Shown here in pieces: positions 9,097 through 18,008 of a DNA stretch of 58,113 nucleotides; the stretch's first letter is position 1, and every line of letters begins with the position of its first letter. The stretch covers positions 1 to 58,113 of the forward strand of contig JAFURK010000034.1 of NCBI GenBank assembly GCA_017480975.1, in the 5' to 3' direction. This DNA comes from Bacilli bacterium (GTDB lineage: Bacteria; Bacillota_I; Bacilli_A; RF39; UBA660). A model generated the notes under the pieces. The model did no database searches, was not told where the DNA came from, and was given only the letters and a program-made list of their open reading frames with translations. The translations under genes and the position numbers were made by a program.

Positions 9097-9663
9097 TTAA
9101 TTAATTAATTTTTTAGCCCGCTCGCAACTATCATATATTACATTATATTGTTCCTCAATTAAAGAAACATTTTCTAACTCTCTACTAGTTTTAACTTTTT
9201 TATAAACAAAATATGGTAAAATCCACCCGATTAAGCCAACAATACCACATAAAGTTCCAATAATATAAAGAGGATTCGATGCTGTTATAGCAAATACAGA
9301 CAATGCTAAAAAAACTGTACCTATCATGCCAATTATCATCGCCCAAATAATACCAAATGAATTAGGTTCCCCCTCTAACCTTTCTATTTCTTTTAAGGCT
9401 ACCTCCAACTTTCTTTGTAAAGACTGTAACTCTATCTTATTTTTTATTCTTCTATCCCTTTTAAAATTTATCTTCACTATTCTATGATTATTAATGTCAT
9501 AATTATTAATAAAATAATCTTCTCGATCTATTAATGCCATATTATTAATAAATATCCATCCCAAATTTTCATAGCAATCCCTATATAAAGCTTCCTTATC
9601 TATTTTTACATTTAAAGTTAGATACTCATAAGCAACAAAATCTTTCATTTCACCCTTCATCAT
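9097..9663 (-). CDS. Membrane protein, unknown function (cytoplasmic N-domain, coiled segment, 2 TM)
   Basis: The start is moved to the ATG at 9663, which has GAGGAGG 5 nt upstream. The track start is an upstream TTG extension. Confidence 0.55.
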   Translation of the reverse strand: MMKGEMKDFVAYEYLTLNVKIDKEALYRDCYENLGWIFINNMALIDREDYFINNYDINNHRIVKINFKRDRRIKNKIELQSLQRKLEVALKEIERLEGEPNSFGIIWAMIIGMIGTVFLALSVFAITASNPLYIIGTLCGIVGLIGWILPYFVYKKVKTSRELENVSLIEEQYNVIYDSCERAKKLIN

Positions 9664-9893
9664 AAATACCTCCTCACACAATTTTCGTTCAATTCCAATA
9701 TGCGATTATAAGACCATAAAGTAAATTTATCGTAAAATAATTTTAAAAATGAAAACTTTTTTCAATAAACAAGAAAAAATATTCTCTACTTTGAAAAATA
9801 CCCATAACTCCCAAAATAATTTTATTTAAAATTACCATAACCCCATTAACATTCATTTTAATAGTCCTTTTCTTTACCTTAGGATATAGCATC

Positions 9894-11171
9894 CTAAACC
9901 ACCTCTCTAATTCCTTTAATACTATTACCATTATTACCTACCAACTTTACATTATCAAGTTGACTTTTAAGTAATTTATAAAACCTCTGTTCAAACTTAC
10001 TATCCTCTATATTCGAATTAACCGTCACATTTAAATACTTACCAAAAGAACAAACTGTACATTTTATTTTTTGAACCTTACTAGGCATTACTAATACTAA
10101 AATATTATCAATATATTTTTCATATTTATCATCTATATCTATTACCCCGACATTAGATAAAGTAGATGTGGATGTTCTAGTAACCAAATTACCTATAAAT
10201 TTCATCACTATTTTTTTCATAAATAATGGTACCAACCTAATAATAACATTCATTCCCAAATTTACATCCCTAGTTAAATAACTTTTTACTTTATCTATCT
10301 CTAGTTTTTCTTGAATATCTTTATGCACATTCTTTAACACCTCATCAAATTTAAGGGGATCACTTCCTACAACTTTAGCGTTTACATTCATACAAACAAA
10401 AAAATTTGATAAAGTATCTACCTGATAATATTTTCTTAAATTTATTGGCACTGCAATATTTATTTCTTTTCTAGAATTTTTATTATAAATAGATAAATAC
10501 ATAGCATAAATATAAATAGCAGTTAAATATTCTGTTATTGTAACCCCATAATTTTTACACACTTTTTTTATTTTATCTATATCAATAATATAATGATAAG
10601 TATTATTAATGTGTTTATTAACCTTTCCTGGTATTTGATAAGCCATTTTAAACTTATCATTTACTTTTAAATTTTTATCATATTTTCTTAAATACTGATC
10701 TTGATAACTAATGCTATTATTTGTATTTTCGCTAAAAGATAAATTATACTTTAAACTTAGATAATTATAAATAATAGATTTAAGAAAACTAATCGCCCCA
10801 GTTCCATCTGTTAAAACATGAAAAATATCTAAATTTATTTTCTTTTTATAATAAGTTACTTTAAATAAATAATCATTATTCTCCTTAAAATTAATATGTT
10901 GACAAGGTATTTCATCCTCTTTTTTTATAATTGGCTCTTTAGGATTATATTCTAAATAATTCCAAAACACTCCCGTACCAATCTTAACCTTAAATATTAA
11001 ATAATTATTTAATGCTCTTTCTAAAGCTTTTATTAATATTTTTTCATCAATATCTTGCTTTAAAATAACCGAATATCTAAAAATATTAGTATTATCTTTA
11101 TCATCTAAAGAAAATATTTTAGCTGTATTATCTAATTTGCGCCAACTCTTTTTTAGATATTCTTTTGTCAT
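9894..11171 (-). CDS. HxxxD-type acyltransferase (condensation / alcohol-acetyltransferase-like)
   Basis: 425 aa. The motif FHVLTDGTGAISFL matches the HxxxDG catalytic signature of condensation/WS-DGAT/PapA5-like acyltransferases. Confidence 0.55.
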   Translation of the reverse strand: MTKEYLKKSWRKLDNTAKIFSLDDKDNTNIFRYSVILKQDIDEKILIKALERALNNYLIFKVKIGTGVFWNYLEYNPKEPIIKKEDEIPCQHINFKENNDYLFKVTYYKKKINLDIFHVLTDGTGAISFLKSIIYNYLSLKYNLSFSENTNNSISYQDQYLRKYDKNLKVNDKFKMAYQIPGKVNKHINNTYHYIIDIDKIKKVCKNYGVTITEYLTAIYIYAMYLSIYNKNSRKEINIAVPINLRKYYQVDTLSNFFVCMNVNAKVVGSDPLKFDEVLKNVHKDIQEKLEIDKVKSYLTRDVNLGMNVIIRLVPLFMKKIVMKFIGNLVTRTSTSTLSNVGVIDIDDKYEKYIDNILVLVMPSKVQKIKCTVCSFGKYLNVTVNSNIEDSKFEQRFYKLLKSQLDNVKLVGNNGNSIKGIREVV

Positions 11172-11234
11172 CTTTTCACCTCAAATATAATATATAACAT
11201 ATGAGTAAAATTTTAGTAAAATTCTATTATAATA

Positions 11235-11277
11235 GAAAAAAATACTTATCAAGTAGTAATCTACCCAATCAGTATTT
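11235..11277 (-). terminator. Rho-independent terminator (copy 2 of the near-identical pair) ending the ftsY-downstream operon
   Basis: The 41-nt core is identical to 181-221 except for one base (t for a). Minus RNA is AAUACUGAUUGGGUAG-AUUA-CUACUUGAUAAGUAUU plus UUUUUUU. Confidence 0.75.
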
Positions 11278-11290
11278 TCAACTAATATTA

Positions 11291-11530
11291 TTAAAATACA
11301 TCTTTATACTTTTGCCCAAATATCATTAATGCCTCATTAAGCTCATTTTCAGTATCTAAAGATACAAAAAACTTTTCTTCACCATCAACTTGTTCTTTTA
11401 AGATTTGAATATCACTTGGATTTTGACTATCAGAAAAATAAAAATATTTATTATTATCTTTTTCTAAAGAATCTATTAAAATATAATCTTTACCATCAAT
11501 TTCTAAAGTTTCTACTTGCACTTCTTCCAT
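11291..11530 (-). CDS. Small acidic protein, DUF1292-like
   Basis: 79 aa. The pattern (LEIDGKDYILIDSLE ... DIQILKEQVDGEEKFFVSLDTENELNEALMIF) resembles UPF0473/DUF1292. The ATG directly follows the upstream stop. Confidence 0.45.
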   Translation of the reverse strand: MEEVQVETLEIDGKDYILIDSLEKDNNKYFYFSDSQNPSDIQILKEQVDGEEKFFVSLDTENELNEALMIFGQKYKDVF

Positions 11531-12148
11531 TTATCTTGAAACTCCTTTCACATCCATATTTTCTAATTCTTCTACATCTACTACTGCAGCATCCCAACAA
11601 CCAGAAGCTCTGCCCATAAAAGTAGATTGCTCCAATCCCATTCTTGCACAAGATTTATTAACTTCATCAATAGGAATTCCCATTTTATCTAATACTGGAG
11701 CCACCTTATTTACATCTATATTTTCATCTACAACCATTTTATCAACTAATTTATCAACAACGACTTCATAATTTGTGGCTTCATGTGTATCATTATCTAT
11801 AATTGCCCTATCACTATTTCGAATAGTTCCAATTGTATAACGAGCATCAAACCACTCAATAGCATTACTTTGTTTTAATGAATTAGCAATGTTTTCGCTA
11901 CCAATATAAAGACGAGTTGCTACCGAACTAGCTATTACCAATAAACCAATACAAGCCAATTTAGCTGCACCATGAGACTTTTTAGCAACTTTTTTCTTTC
12001 TCATATTATTCTGCGGGATTCTTTTTACTTTTTTTTGTTCATTGCGAACCTTATCATAAACATCCAAGCCTTCTCCAGGATTATTTCTACAACTTCTAAC
12101 CATATTAACTAAAGAATCATCTATACCACGATTCATATTTTCTTCCAT
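11531..12148 (-). CDS. Single-pass membrane protein, unknown function
   Basis: The start is moved to the ATG at 12148 (GGAGTG SD 6 nt upstream). It has a basic N-terminal region, one TM (AAKLACIGLLVIASSVA) and an extracytoplasmic domain of about 125 aa. Confidence 0.55.
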   Translation of the reverse strand: MEENMNRGIDDSLVNMVRSCRNNPGEGLDVYDKVRNEQKKVKRIPQNNMRKKKVAKKSHGAAKLACIGLLVIASSVATRLYIGSENIANSLKQSNAIEWFDARYTIGTIRNSDRAIIDNDTHEATNYEVVVDKLVDKMVVDENIDVNKVAPVLDKMGIPIDEVNKSCARMGLEQSTFMGRASGCWDAAVVDVEELENMDVKGVSR

Positions 12149-12228
12149 ATTAAACACTCCTTCTAACATAATAAGTATACAAAAAATTCTAACTTATCAC
12201 AAGCCAATTAACCATTAATTATATTAAC

Positions 12229-13149
12229 TTAATTGGCCAAATAATTATTTGGATCAACTCTAACTCCCTCACTTGCTAATTCATCCTTAAATATTTCCAT
12301 AAAATTAACTAACTCTTTCTTGATAACATCTGGATAAACTGCTTTACTAAACCTAACTGCATCATAAATATTCTTAAAACCTACTGTCGTCCTATTCTCA
12401 TATATGGCATTCGAGAATGCCTGTCTAAGTAGTACTAAAGCTATATCAGGATATCTCGAAGAAATCTCATAAACTCGCTTAAATTCACTAGTTAAACTAA
12501 CTATAAACTTACATATATTCTCTTTCTGAAAATCAGTATAAGCTAACTTTACACCTGTTTGATACTCAATCTTAGGTAAAGTTTTCATCAATATCTGAAC
12601 ACACATCTCTTCAGTTGGTTCGGATACATCAACCTTATCAAACCTTCTCATAAACGCTTTATCCCTTAAAATAAAGTGTTCATATTCATAAGTAGTAGTC
12701 GCCCCAATAATCTTAATTGTTCCACGACTTAAACCTTCCTTAAACATATTCGCCAAATCTAATCTACCATCACCAATCAAAGTATGAATCTCATCAATAA
12801 ATAAAATAACTCTATCCATATTCTTTAATTCTTGTACTAATTTTAATACTCGATTACCTTCATTATCATTACCAAGTAATGCCGTCGTATTAACTCTAAA
12901 AATTCTATATCCTAGTAGCACATTAGGTACTACTCTTTGTTGAATACGATATGCTAAACCTTCAACAATAGCTGTCTTACCAATACCCGGCTTACCAACA
13001 AGTAGTGCTGACTTCTCAGGAGTTAATAAAACTAATATTAAATTCTTAATTTCTTCATCACGAGCAATCGCTGGATCAGTAATATATTGCGCAGCCGTCA
13101 TCTCATCTGCGTAGCGACTTAATATACTTCCTTCATTCATTAAATTCAC
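12229..13149 (-). CDS. Stand-alone AAA+ ATPase resembling nucleotide-binding domain 1 of ClpA/ClpB/ClpC
   Basis: 306 aa. The sequence is DPAIARDEEIKNLILVL ... LLVGKPGIGKTAIVEGLAYRI ... ILFIDEIHTLIG ... IGATTTYEYEHFILRDKAFMRRFDKVDVSEPT. This is the Clp D1 signature, but there is no N-domain, M-domain or D2. Confidence 0.75.
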   Translation of the reverse strand: MNLMNEGSILSRYADEMTAAQYITDPAIARDEEIKNLILVLLTPEKSALLVGKPGIGKTAIVEGLAYRIQQRVVPNVLLGYRIFRVNTTALLGNDNEGNRVLKLVQELKNMDRVILFIDEIHTLIGDGRLDLANMFKEGLSRGTIKIIGATTTYEYEHFILRDKAFMRRFDKVDVSEPTEEMCVQILMKTLPKIEYQTGVKLAYTDFQKENICKFIVSLTSEFKRVYEISSRYPDIALVLLRQAFSNAIYENRTTVGFKNIYDAVRFSKAVYPDVIKKELVNFMEIFKDELASEGVRVDPNNYLAN

Positions 13150-13153
13150 CCTC

Positions 13154-13348
13154 TTATCTTAAAATTACCGCTAGCATTCCCCACATAAAACAAACAACCA
13201 TAATAGCACCTAAGAAAACAGCATCAGCAAATCCACCACTAGTTCTAACTTTCTCATCATAAAACATTTTATATTGTTTACCTTCATCTTTAGGTAATTC
13301 ATTATCTAAAATTTCTACTGGTAAATCTTTTCTATCCACTAATCTCAT
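13154..13348 (-). CDS. Small C-terminally anchored membrane protein
   Basis: 64 aa with a C-terminal TM. Tightly packed between ylxM and the AAA+ gene (4-nt gaps). Confidence 0.45.
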   Translation of the reverse strand: MRLVDRKDLPVEILDNELPKDEGKQYKMFYDEKVRTSGGFADAVFLGAIMVVCFMWGMLAVILR

Positions 13349-13352
13349 CTCC

Positions 13353-13646
13353 TTAAATCAACCCTTCCAACATCTTCTTTAAATCCTTATCTTTTTCTCT
13401 TTCTATTATATCACAAATTATCTTACTTTTTTTATATAACCCTAACTTTTCTTCATAAAAACTTAACTTCTCTTCTACTCCTTGAATAACCTTATGAATC
13501 GCATTTCTACTAACATTAAAGTTTTCCCCTATCTCAGCTAAAGACAAATTATTAAAGTAATATTCTTCGAAGTATTCTCTTTGCCTCTCATTGAATAACT
13601 CTCCATAAAAATCATATAACATAACCCATTTATCTCTATCGCTCAT
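13353..13646 (-). CDS. ylxM: YlxM/UPF0122 helix-turn-helix protein
   Basis: 97 aa. LYDFYGELFNERQREYFEEYYFNNLSLAEIGENFNVSRNAIHKVI matches the sigma-70 region-4-like YlxM family. It sits immediately after ftsY, as in other Firmicutes. Confidence 0.85.
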   Translation of the reverse strand: MSDRDKWVMLYDFYGELFNERQREYFEEYYFNNLSLAEIGENFNVSRNAIHKVIQGVEEKLSFYEEKLGLYKKSKIICDIIEREKDKDLKKMLEGLI

Positions 13647-13656
13647 AACTATCTAC

Positions 13657-14622
13657 CTACAAATCTTTAAACAAACCATAAATATATTTCTCAATATCAA
13701 ACTTCTCTAAATCATCCATACCTTCACCAAGACCAACGTACTTAACCGGAAGTCCTACAGTTTCTTTTATTGCCAAAACAATACCACCTTTAGCGGTTCC
13801 ATCTAACTTCGTTAAAACTACTCCCGTAATATCAGTAATTTCTTTAAAACTCTTCGCCTGACTAATACCATTTTGACCCGTTGTAGCATCTATTACCAAT
13901 AAAGTTTCATGAGGAGCATCAGGAATTAATTTTTGAATAACTCGATTAACTTTCTCTAACTCACGCATCAAATTATCCTTATTTTGAAGTCTACCAGCCG
14001 TATCAATCAATACTACATCATAATCTTCAGCTTTAGCCTTCTCTAAACCATCATACATAACACTAGAAGGATCCTTAGACTTAGAAGTAATAACCTCAAC
14101 CCCTACTCTTTCACCCCATTCTTCTAATTGTTCAATCGCACCAGCCCTAAAAGTATCACCTGCTACTAACATAACTTTTTTACCATCTGATTTTAATTGA
14201 TGCGCTAACTTACCAATCGTCGTTGTTTTACCAACCCCATTAACACCAACAAATAAAATAACTGTAGGTCCTTCATCACTATAATGAATCTTACTATCTA
14301 ATATTCCATTATCAACATACATAACGAACAATTCATCAATAATAATTTCCTTTAACACACTCGCATCCGTAATCTTCTCACTACTAACACGCTTTCTTAA
14401 CAAATCAACAAACTTAACAACCGTATCAACCCCAATATCTGCCATTATCAATATATCTTCTAACTCTTCAAAATAATCATCATCAATATTTTTATATCGC
14501 TTACTTAAATTAGATAACTGTGATACAAATTCACGTCTTGTTTTCTCTAACCCCTTATCATAATTCTTTACTTCTTCCTTTTTACCTGTAAATGCTTTCT
14601 TTATCTTATCAAATAAACCCAT
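13657..14622 (-). CDS. ftsY: Signal recognition particle receptor FtsY
   Basis: 321 aa. SRP GTPase motifs: GVNGVGKTTTIGKLA, DTAGR and TKLDGTAKGG. Confidence 0.95.
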   Translation of the reverse strand: MGLFDKIKKAFTGKKEEVKNYDKGLEKTRREFVSQLSNLSKRYKNIDDDYFEELEDILIMADIGVDTVVKFVDLLRKRVSSEKITDASVLKEIIIDELFVMYVDNGILDSKIHYSDEGPTVILFVGVNGVGKTTTIGKLAHQLKSDGKKVMLVAGDTFRAGAIEQLEEWGERVGVEVITSKSKDPSSVMYDGLEKAKAEDYDVVLIDTAGRLQNKDNLMRELEKVNRVIQKLIPDAPHETLLVIDATTGQNGISQAKSFKEITDITGVVLTKLDGTAKGGIVLAIKETVGLPVKYVGLGEGMDDLEKFDIEKYIYGLFKDL

Positions 14623-14790
14623 ATTATCAATCCTTTCAAGTTACACCTATTATATCACACATTATCCCAAAACCACATCAATTTACACTATTTTACACCT
14701 AAAATACTTAAATTTCTTTATAGCTATTAATAATAACTAACCAAATAAAAAGACAACCATATTACTTGCATTAATTTGTAACATTAGTTG

Positions 14791-15504
14791 TCAATTAATA
14801 AAAACTAATATTTTCTCAGGTACTTTTTTTAATTCTTGCTTTGAATTTGCACCTATACTATCACAATTTTCGAGAATAAATAACTTTTCAAAGATAAAAA
14901 TAAAATTTTTAAGATTATTTATAATAGAATTTCTTAAATCATTTTCTGAAAATTTATCTGGTAAATCTAAAAATTCTAAACTATAAGTATCTAATATTCT
15001 GGTATTAGGATAATCATCTTCATCAATAGTTTTTGTAACAGATGGTAATTGTTTCCCATCTGATAATAAATATCTTTCATAATATGATGAAGATATTTGC
15101 CTATCTAATTCTCTTTTTGAATATTTATTTTTAACTGCTAATTGTAAATAAAAATGTCTTTCTTCTTTTGATTTAGTTCCACTCAAAATTAGTAAATTAT
15201 TTGACCACGACAATTGCGTCACCAGTGGTGTCGCAATCTCATCATCTTTATACGTTTTATAAAATTGAATCATCCGTTCTATATTTCTTTTAGTAAAACC
15301 TTTAATACTTGGATAATTATTTTTTATAAATTCTGCTGCCTTAGTTGTTATCTTATCACCATACTTACTACCTTGTTGCAAATTATATAAAAAATTACCA
15401 ACATCTAAATACATTAAAATTAATTCTTCATTAATTTTGATGTAAGCATTATTTCTTCTTTGCTCTATTAATTCAATTATTTTATTAAATTTTTCATCTA
15501 ACAC
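14791..15504 (-). pseudogene. Truncated YhcG/DUF1016-family gene (N-terminal domain only; PD-(D/E)xK nuclease domain missing)
   Basis: The N-terminal roughly 200 aa read like DUF1016 (LSWSNNLLILS, ERHFYLQLAVKNKYSKRELDRQI). The sequence diverges after NLKNFI, where the conserved nuclease core should start, and stops at 237 aa. Confidence 0.45.
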
Positions 15505-15608
15505 GCTTTCTAATTACAATAATAATTTTTGTCATATATAACATCAAATTCTTGTTTAAGCAACATCATATGTAATTAAACTGATGAATATCATCCATCA
15601 GTCTTATT

Positions 15609-16688
15609 CTACTTAGTAACATCTTTAGAAGTATTTTCTAATTTTTCAGTTTTTTCTTTCTTTTCTTTTTTATCTTTACTTTTCTTACTCTTAATTGAGA
15701 TACCATAACACTCTCTTACCTGATCTTCTATCTCGACAAAAACATCAGGATTATTTGCTAAAAATAATTTTGCATTCTCCTTACCTTGACCAATCTTATT
15801 ATTATGATAAGCATACCAAGCTCCACTCTTATCTACAATTCCAGCCTCTACTGCCAAATCAAGAACTTCCCCTTCATGTGAAATACCAGTACCATACATA
15901 ATATCAACCACTGCCGTTTTAAATGGCGGCGCTACCTTATTCTTAACAACTTTAATCTTCGTACTATTACCAACCACATCAGTTCCCTGCTTAATTTGTT
16001 CCCCTCTTCTAATATCTAAACGAACAGATGAATAATACTTTAAAGCTTTACCTCCTGGAGTCGTCTCTGGATTACCAAACATTACTCCAACTTTTTCACG
16101 TAATTGATTAATAAAAATTACAATTGTATTAGTCTTATTTATTGAACCAGATAACTTTCTTAAAGCTTGACTCATTAATCTAGCTTGCAATCCAACATGG
16201 GTATCACCCATTTCACCATCAATTTCCGCTTGTGGAACTAACGCTGCTACTGAATCAATTACAATAATATTAACCGCTTCACTCTTAACTAACGCATCAC
16301 AAATCTCTAATGCTTGCTCACCAGTATCAGGTTGTGATAATAATAATTCATCTATATCAACCCCTAAATTTTCCGCATAAACCGGATCAACTGAATGCTC
16401 CGCATCAATAAAAGCCGCTCTCCCGCCTGCTTTTTGCACCTCAGCTATCGCATGTAAGGCAAAAGTCGTTTTACCAGAAGACTCTGGACCATATATTTCA
16501 ATAATCCGCCCCTTTGGATATCCACCTACACCTAGAGCTATATCTAACGCTAAAGAACCACTGCGACTTACCTCAACTTCAGCATTCTCTTGCTCCCCTA
16601 ATTTCATAATAGCGCCTTTACCAAATTGTTTCTCAATATCAGCCATCACCTGTGCCAATGCTTTATCTTTTTCTAAATTTTTACTCAT
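15609..16688 (-). CDS. recA: Recombinase RecA
   Basis: 359 aa. GPESSGKTT Walker A, plus conserved L1/L2 regions. It has a K/E/S-rich C-terminal tail. Confidence 0.97.
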   Translation of the reverse strand: MSKNLEKDKALAQVMADIEKQFGKGAIMKLGEQENAEVEVSRSGSLALDIALGVGGYPKGRIIEIYGPESSGKTTFALHAIAEVQKAGGRAAFIDAEHSVDPVYAENLGVDIDELLLSQPDTGEQALEICDALVKSEAVNIIVIDSVAALVPQAEIDGEMGDTHVGLQARLMSQALRKLSGSINKTNTIVIFINQLREKVGVMFGNPETTPGGKALKYYSSVRLDIRRGEQIKQGTDVVGNSTKIKVVKNKVAPPFKTAVVDIMYGTGISHEGEVLDLAVEAGIVDKSGAWYAYHNNKIGQGKENAKLFLANNPDVFVEIEDQVRECYGISIKSKKSKDKKEKKEKTEKLENTSKDVTK

Positions 16689-16719
16689 GTCTAATCTCCT
16701 TTACTCACCGTACAAACCA

Positions 16720-16773
16720 ATTATATACTAGCTTTGCTACCTTTGTCAATACTTTTACAAACAATTGTTTGTA
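16720..16773 (-). promoter_or_regulatory. recA promoter (TTGACA-18nt-TATAAT) preceded by a perfect 18-bp palindrome
   Basis: The -10 element is at 16720-16725 and the -35 at 16744-16749. The palindrome TACAAACAATTGTTTGTA is at 16756-16773. Its core AAAC-N4-GTTT is one base per half-site away from the Gram-positive LexA (Cheo) box GAAC-N4-GTTC. Confidence 0.6.
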
Positions 16774-16788
16774 CGTTGTTAGTTAACT

Positions 16789-16818
16789 AAAAAAAAGAAC
16801 CTAAATTTAAGTCCTTCT
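16789..16818 (-). terminator. Probable rho-independent terminator after rlmH
   Basis: Minus strand reads GAAGGACUUAAAUUUAGGUUC (stem with G:U pairs) followed by UUUUUUUU. Confidence 0.5.
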
Positions 16819-17253
16819 CTACTTATGGTAACTTTCATTATGTTGTATCTTAAATGCTCGGTATATTTGCTCTAATAAAACAACTCTAAACAACTGATGA
16901 GGAAACGTCATCTTCGAAAAAGATAACTTATAATTAGATAAAGCCTTTACCTCATCATCTAAACCATAACTCCCACCAATAATAAAAGTAATATTAGCAT
17001 AATTCATTAAAGTTTTATCTACCATATCAGCAAATTCTACTGAATTAAGTTGTCTTCCTTCTATCTCCATCGTCACAATATAATCTTTTTTATCAAGTTT
17101 TTTTAAGATTAAATCTTTCTCTTGTTTAATATTACTATCCATTACCTCAATAATTTCTACCTTATGATATTTACTAAGCCTCTTCATATATTCAGCTATT
17201 GCATCCCGATAAAAAGACTCTTTAATTTTACCAACACAAATAATCTTTATCAT
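16819..17253 (-). CDS. rlmH: 23S rRNA (pseudouridine1915-N3)-methyltransferase RlmH (SPOUT)
   Basis: 144 aa. ITFIIGGSYGL and FPHQLFRVVLLEQIYRA are typical of RlmH. Confidence 0.88.
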   Translation of the reverse strand: MIKIICVGKIKESFYRDAIAEYMKRLSKYHKVEIIEVMDSNIKQEKDLILKKLDKKDYIVTMEIEGRQLNSVEFADMVDKTLMNYANITFIIGGSYGLDDEVKALSNYKLSFSKMTFPHQLFRVVLLEQIYRAFKIQHNESYHK

Positions 17254-18008
17254 ACTAAAATTTCCTCCGTCTCTTCATCTTGCTTAGCAATCATAATTCT
17301 ATCTACCAATTGATTATTATCATCTAGTCTTTGCTTTAATGTTTTATAAGCCAAATCCCTAGTATTATTTTCTTCTGATAAATGAGCCAAAACAATAGTA
17401 TTCGTCTTATCACCAATAAAACTAGATAAATATCTTGCACTATCATAATTCGATAAATGCCCCTTATCACCTAATATTCTCTGCCTTAATTTAAAAGAAT
17501 AAGACCCATTATTTAACATTTCTATATCATGATTACTCTCTAATATATATACTTCTCTATTACTTAGTAAATTAAAATACTTATTATTAATATACCCAGT
17601 ATCAGTAATATAAACAATCCCTCTATTATCCCCCTCAATGACATAGCCGACAGAGTCGGCCACATCATGAGAAGTCTTAATAATATGCATAATCAAATCT
17701 TTTAACTTAATCTCATCTTTATCTATTAATTCATAATTATCAACATATTCAAGCTCATCTTTCATCATTCTAGTAAAATAAACTTTCGTACCATACTTCT
17801 TTAAAAATACTTTTAACCCCTTAACGTGATCAGAATGCGTATGTGTTATAAATATTGCATCTATCTCTTCTGCCTTAATCCCAATTCCTTCTAATTTATT
17901 AACAACATACTTACATGTATTTCCCATATCAATAAGTATTTTAGTATCATTACACTCAATATAGGTCGTATTCCCCTTACTTTCAGAGGATAAAACAATA
18001 ACTCTCAT
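17250..18008 (-). CDS. MBL-fold metallo-hydrolase (YycJ/WalJ-like)
   Basis: 252 aa with the HTHSDH motif. Overlaps rlmH by 4 nt. Confidence 0.8.
   Translation of the reverse strand: MRVIVLSSESKGNTTYIECNDTKILIDMGNTCKYVVNKLEGIGIKAEEIDAIFITHTHSDHVKGLKVFLKKYGTKVYFTRMMKDELEYVDNYELIDKDEIKLKDLIMHIIKTSHDVADSVGYVIEGDNRGIVYITDTGYINNKYFNLLSNREVYILESNHDIEMLNNGSYSFKLRQRILGDKGHLSNYDSARYLSSFIGDKTNTIVLAHLSEENNTRDLAYKTLKQRLDDNNQLVDRIMIAKQDEETEEILV

Noticed and set aside
9879-9897. Hairpin TTAGGAT-ATAGC-ATCCTAA overlapping the stop of the 425-aa gene, considered as a terminator.
   Set aside because: The stem is only 7 bp and no U-tract follows on the transcribed strand, so the evidence is too weak.
9743-9931. 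Minus-strand 62-aa ORF downstream of the acyltransferase-like gene.
   Set aside because: It overlaps the 3' end of the 425-aa gene in another frame, has no SD, and has implausible composition. I treat the region as intergenic. A short internal ORF cannot be excluded.
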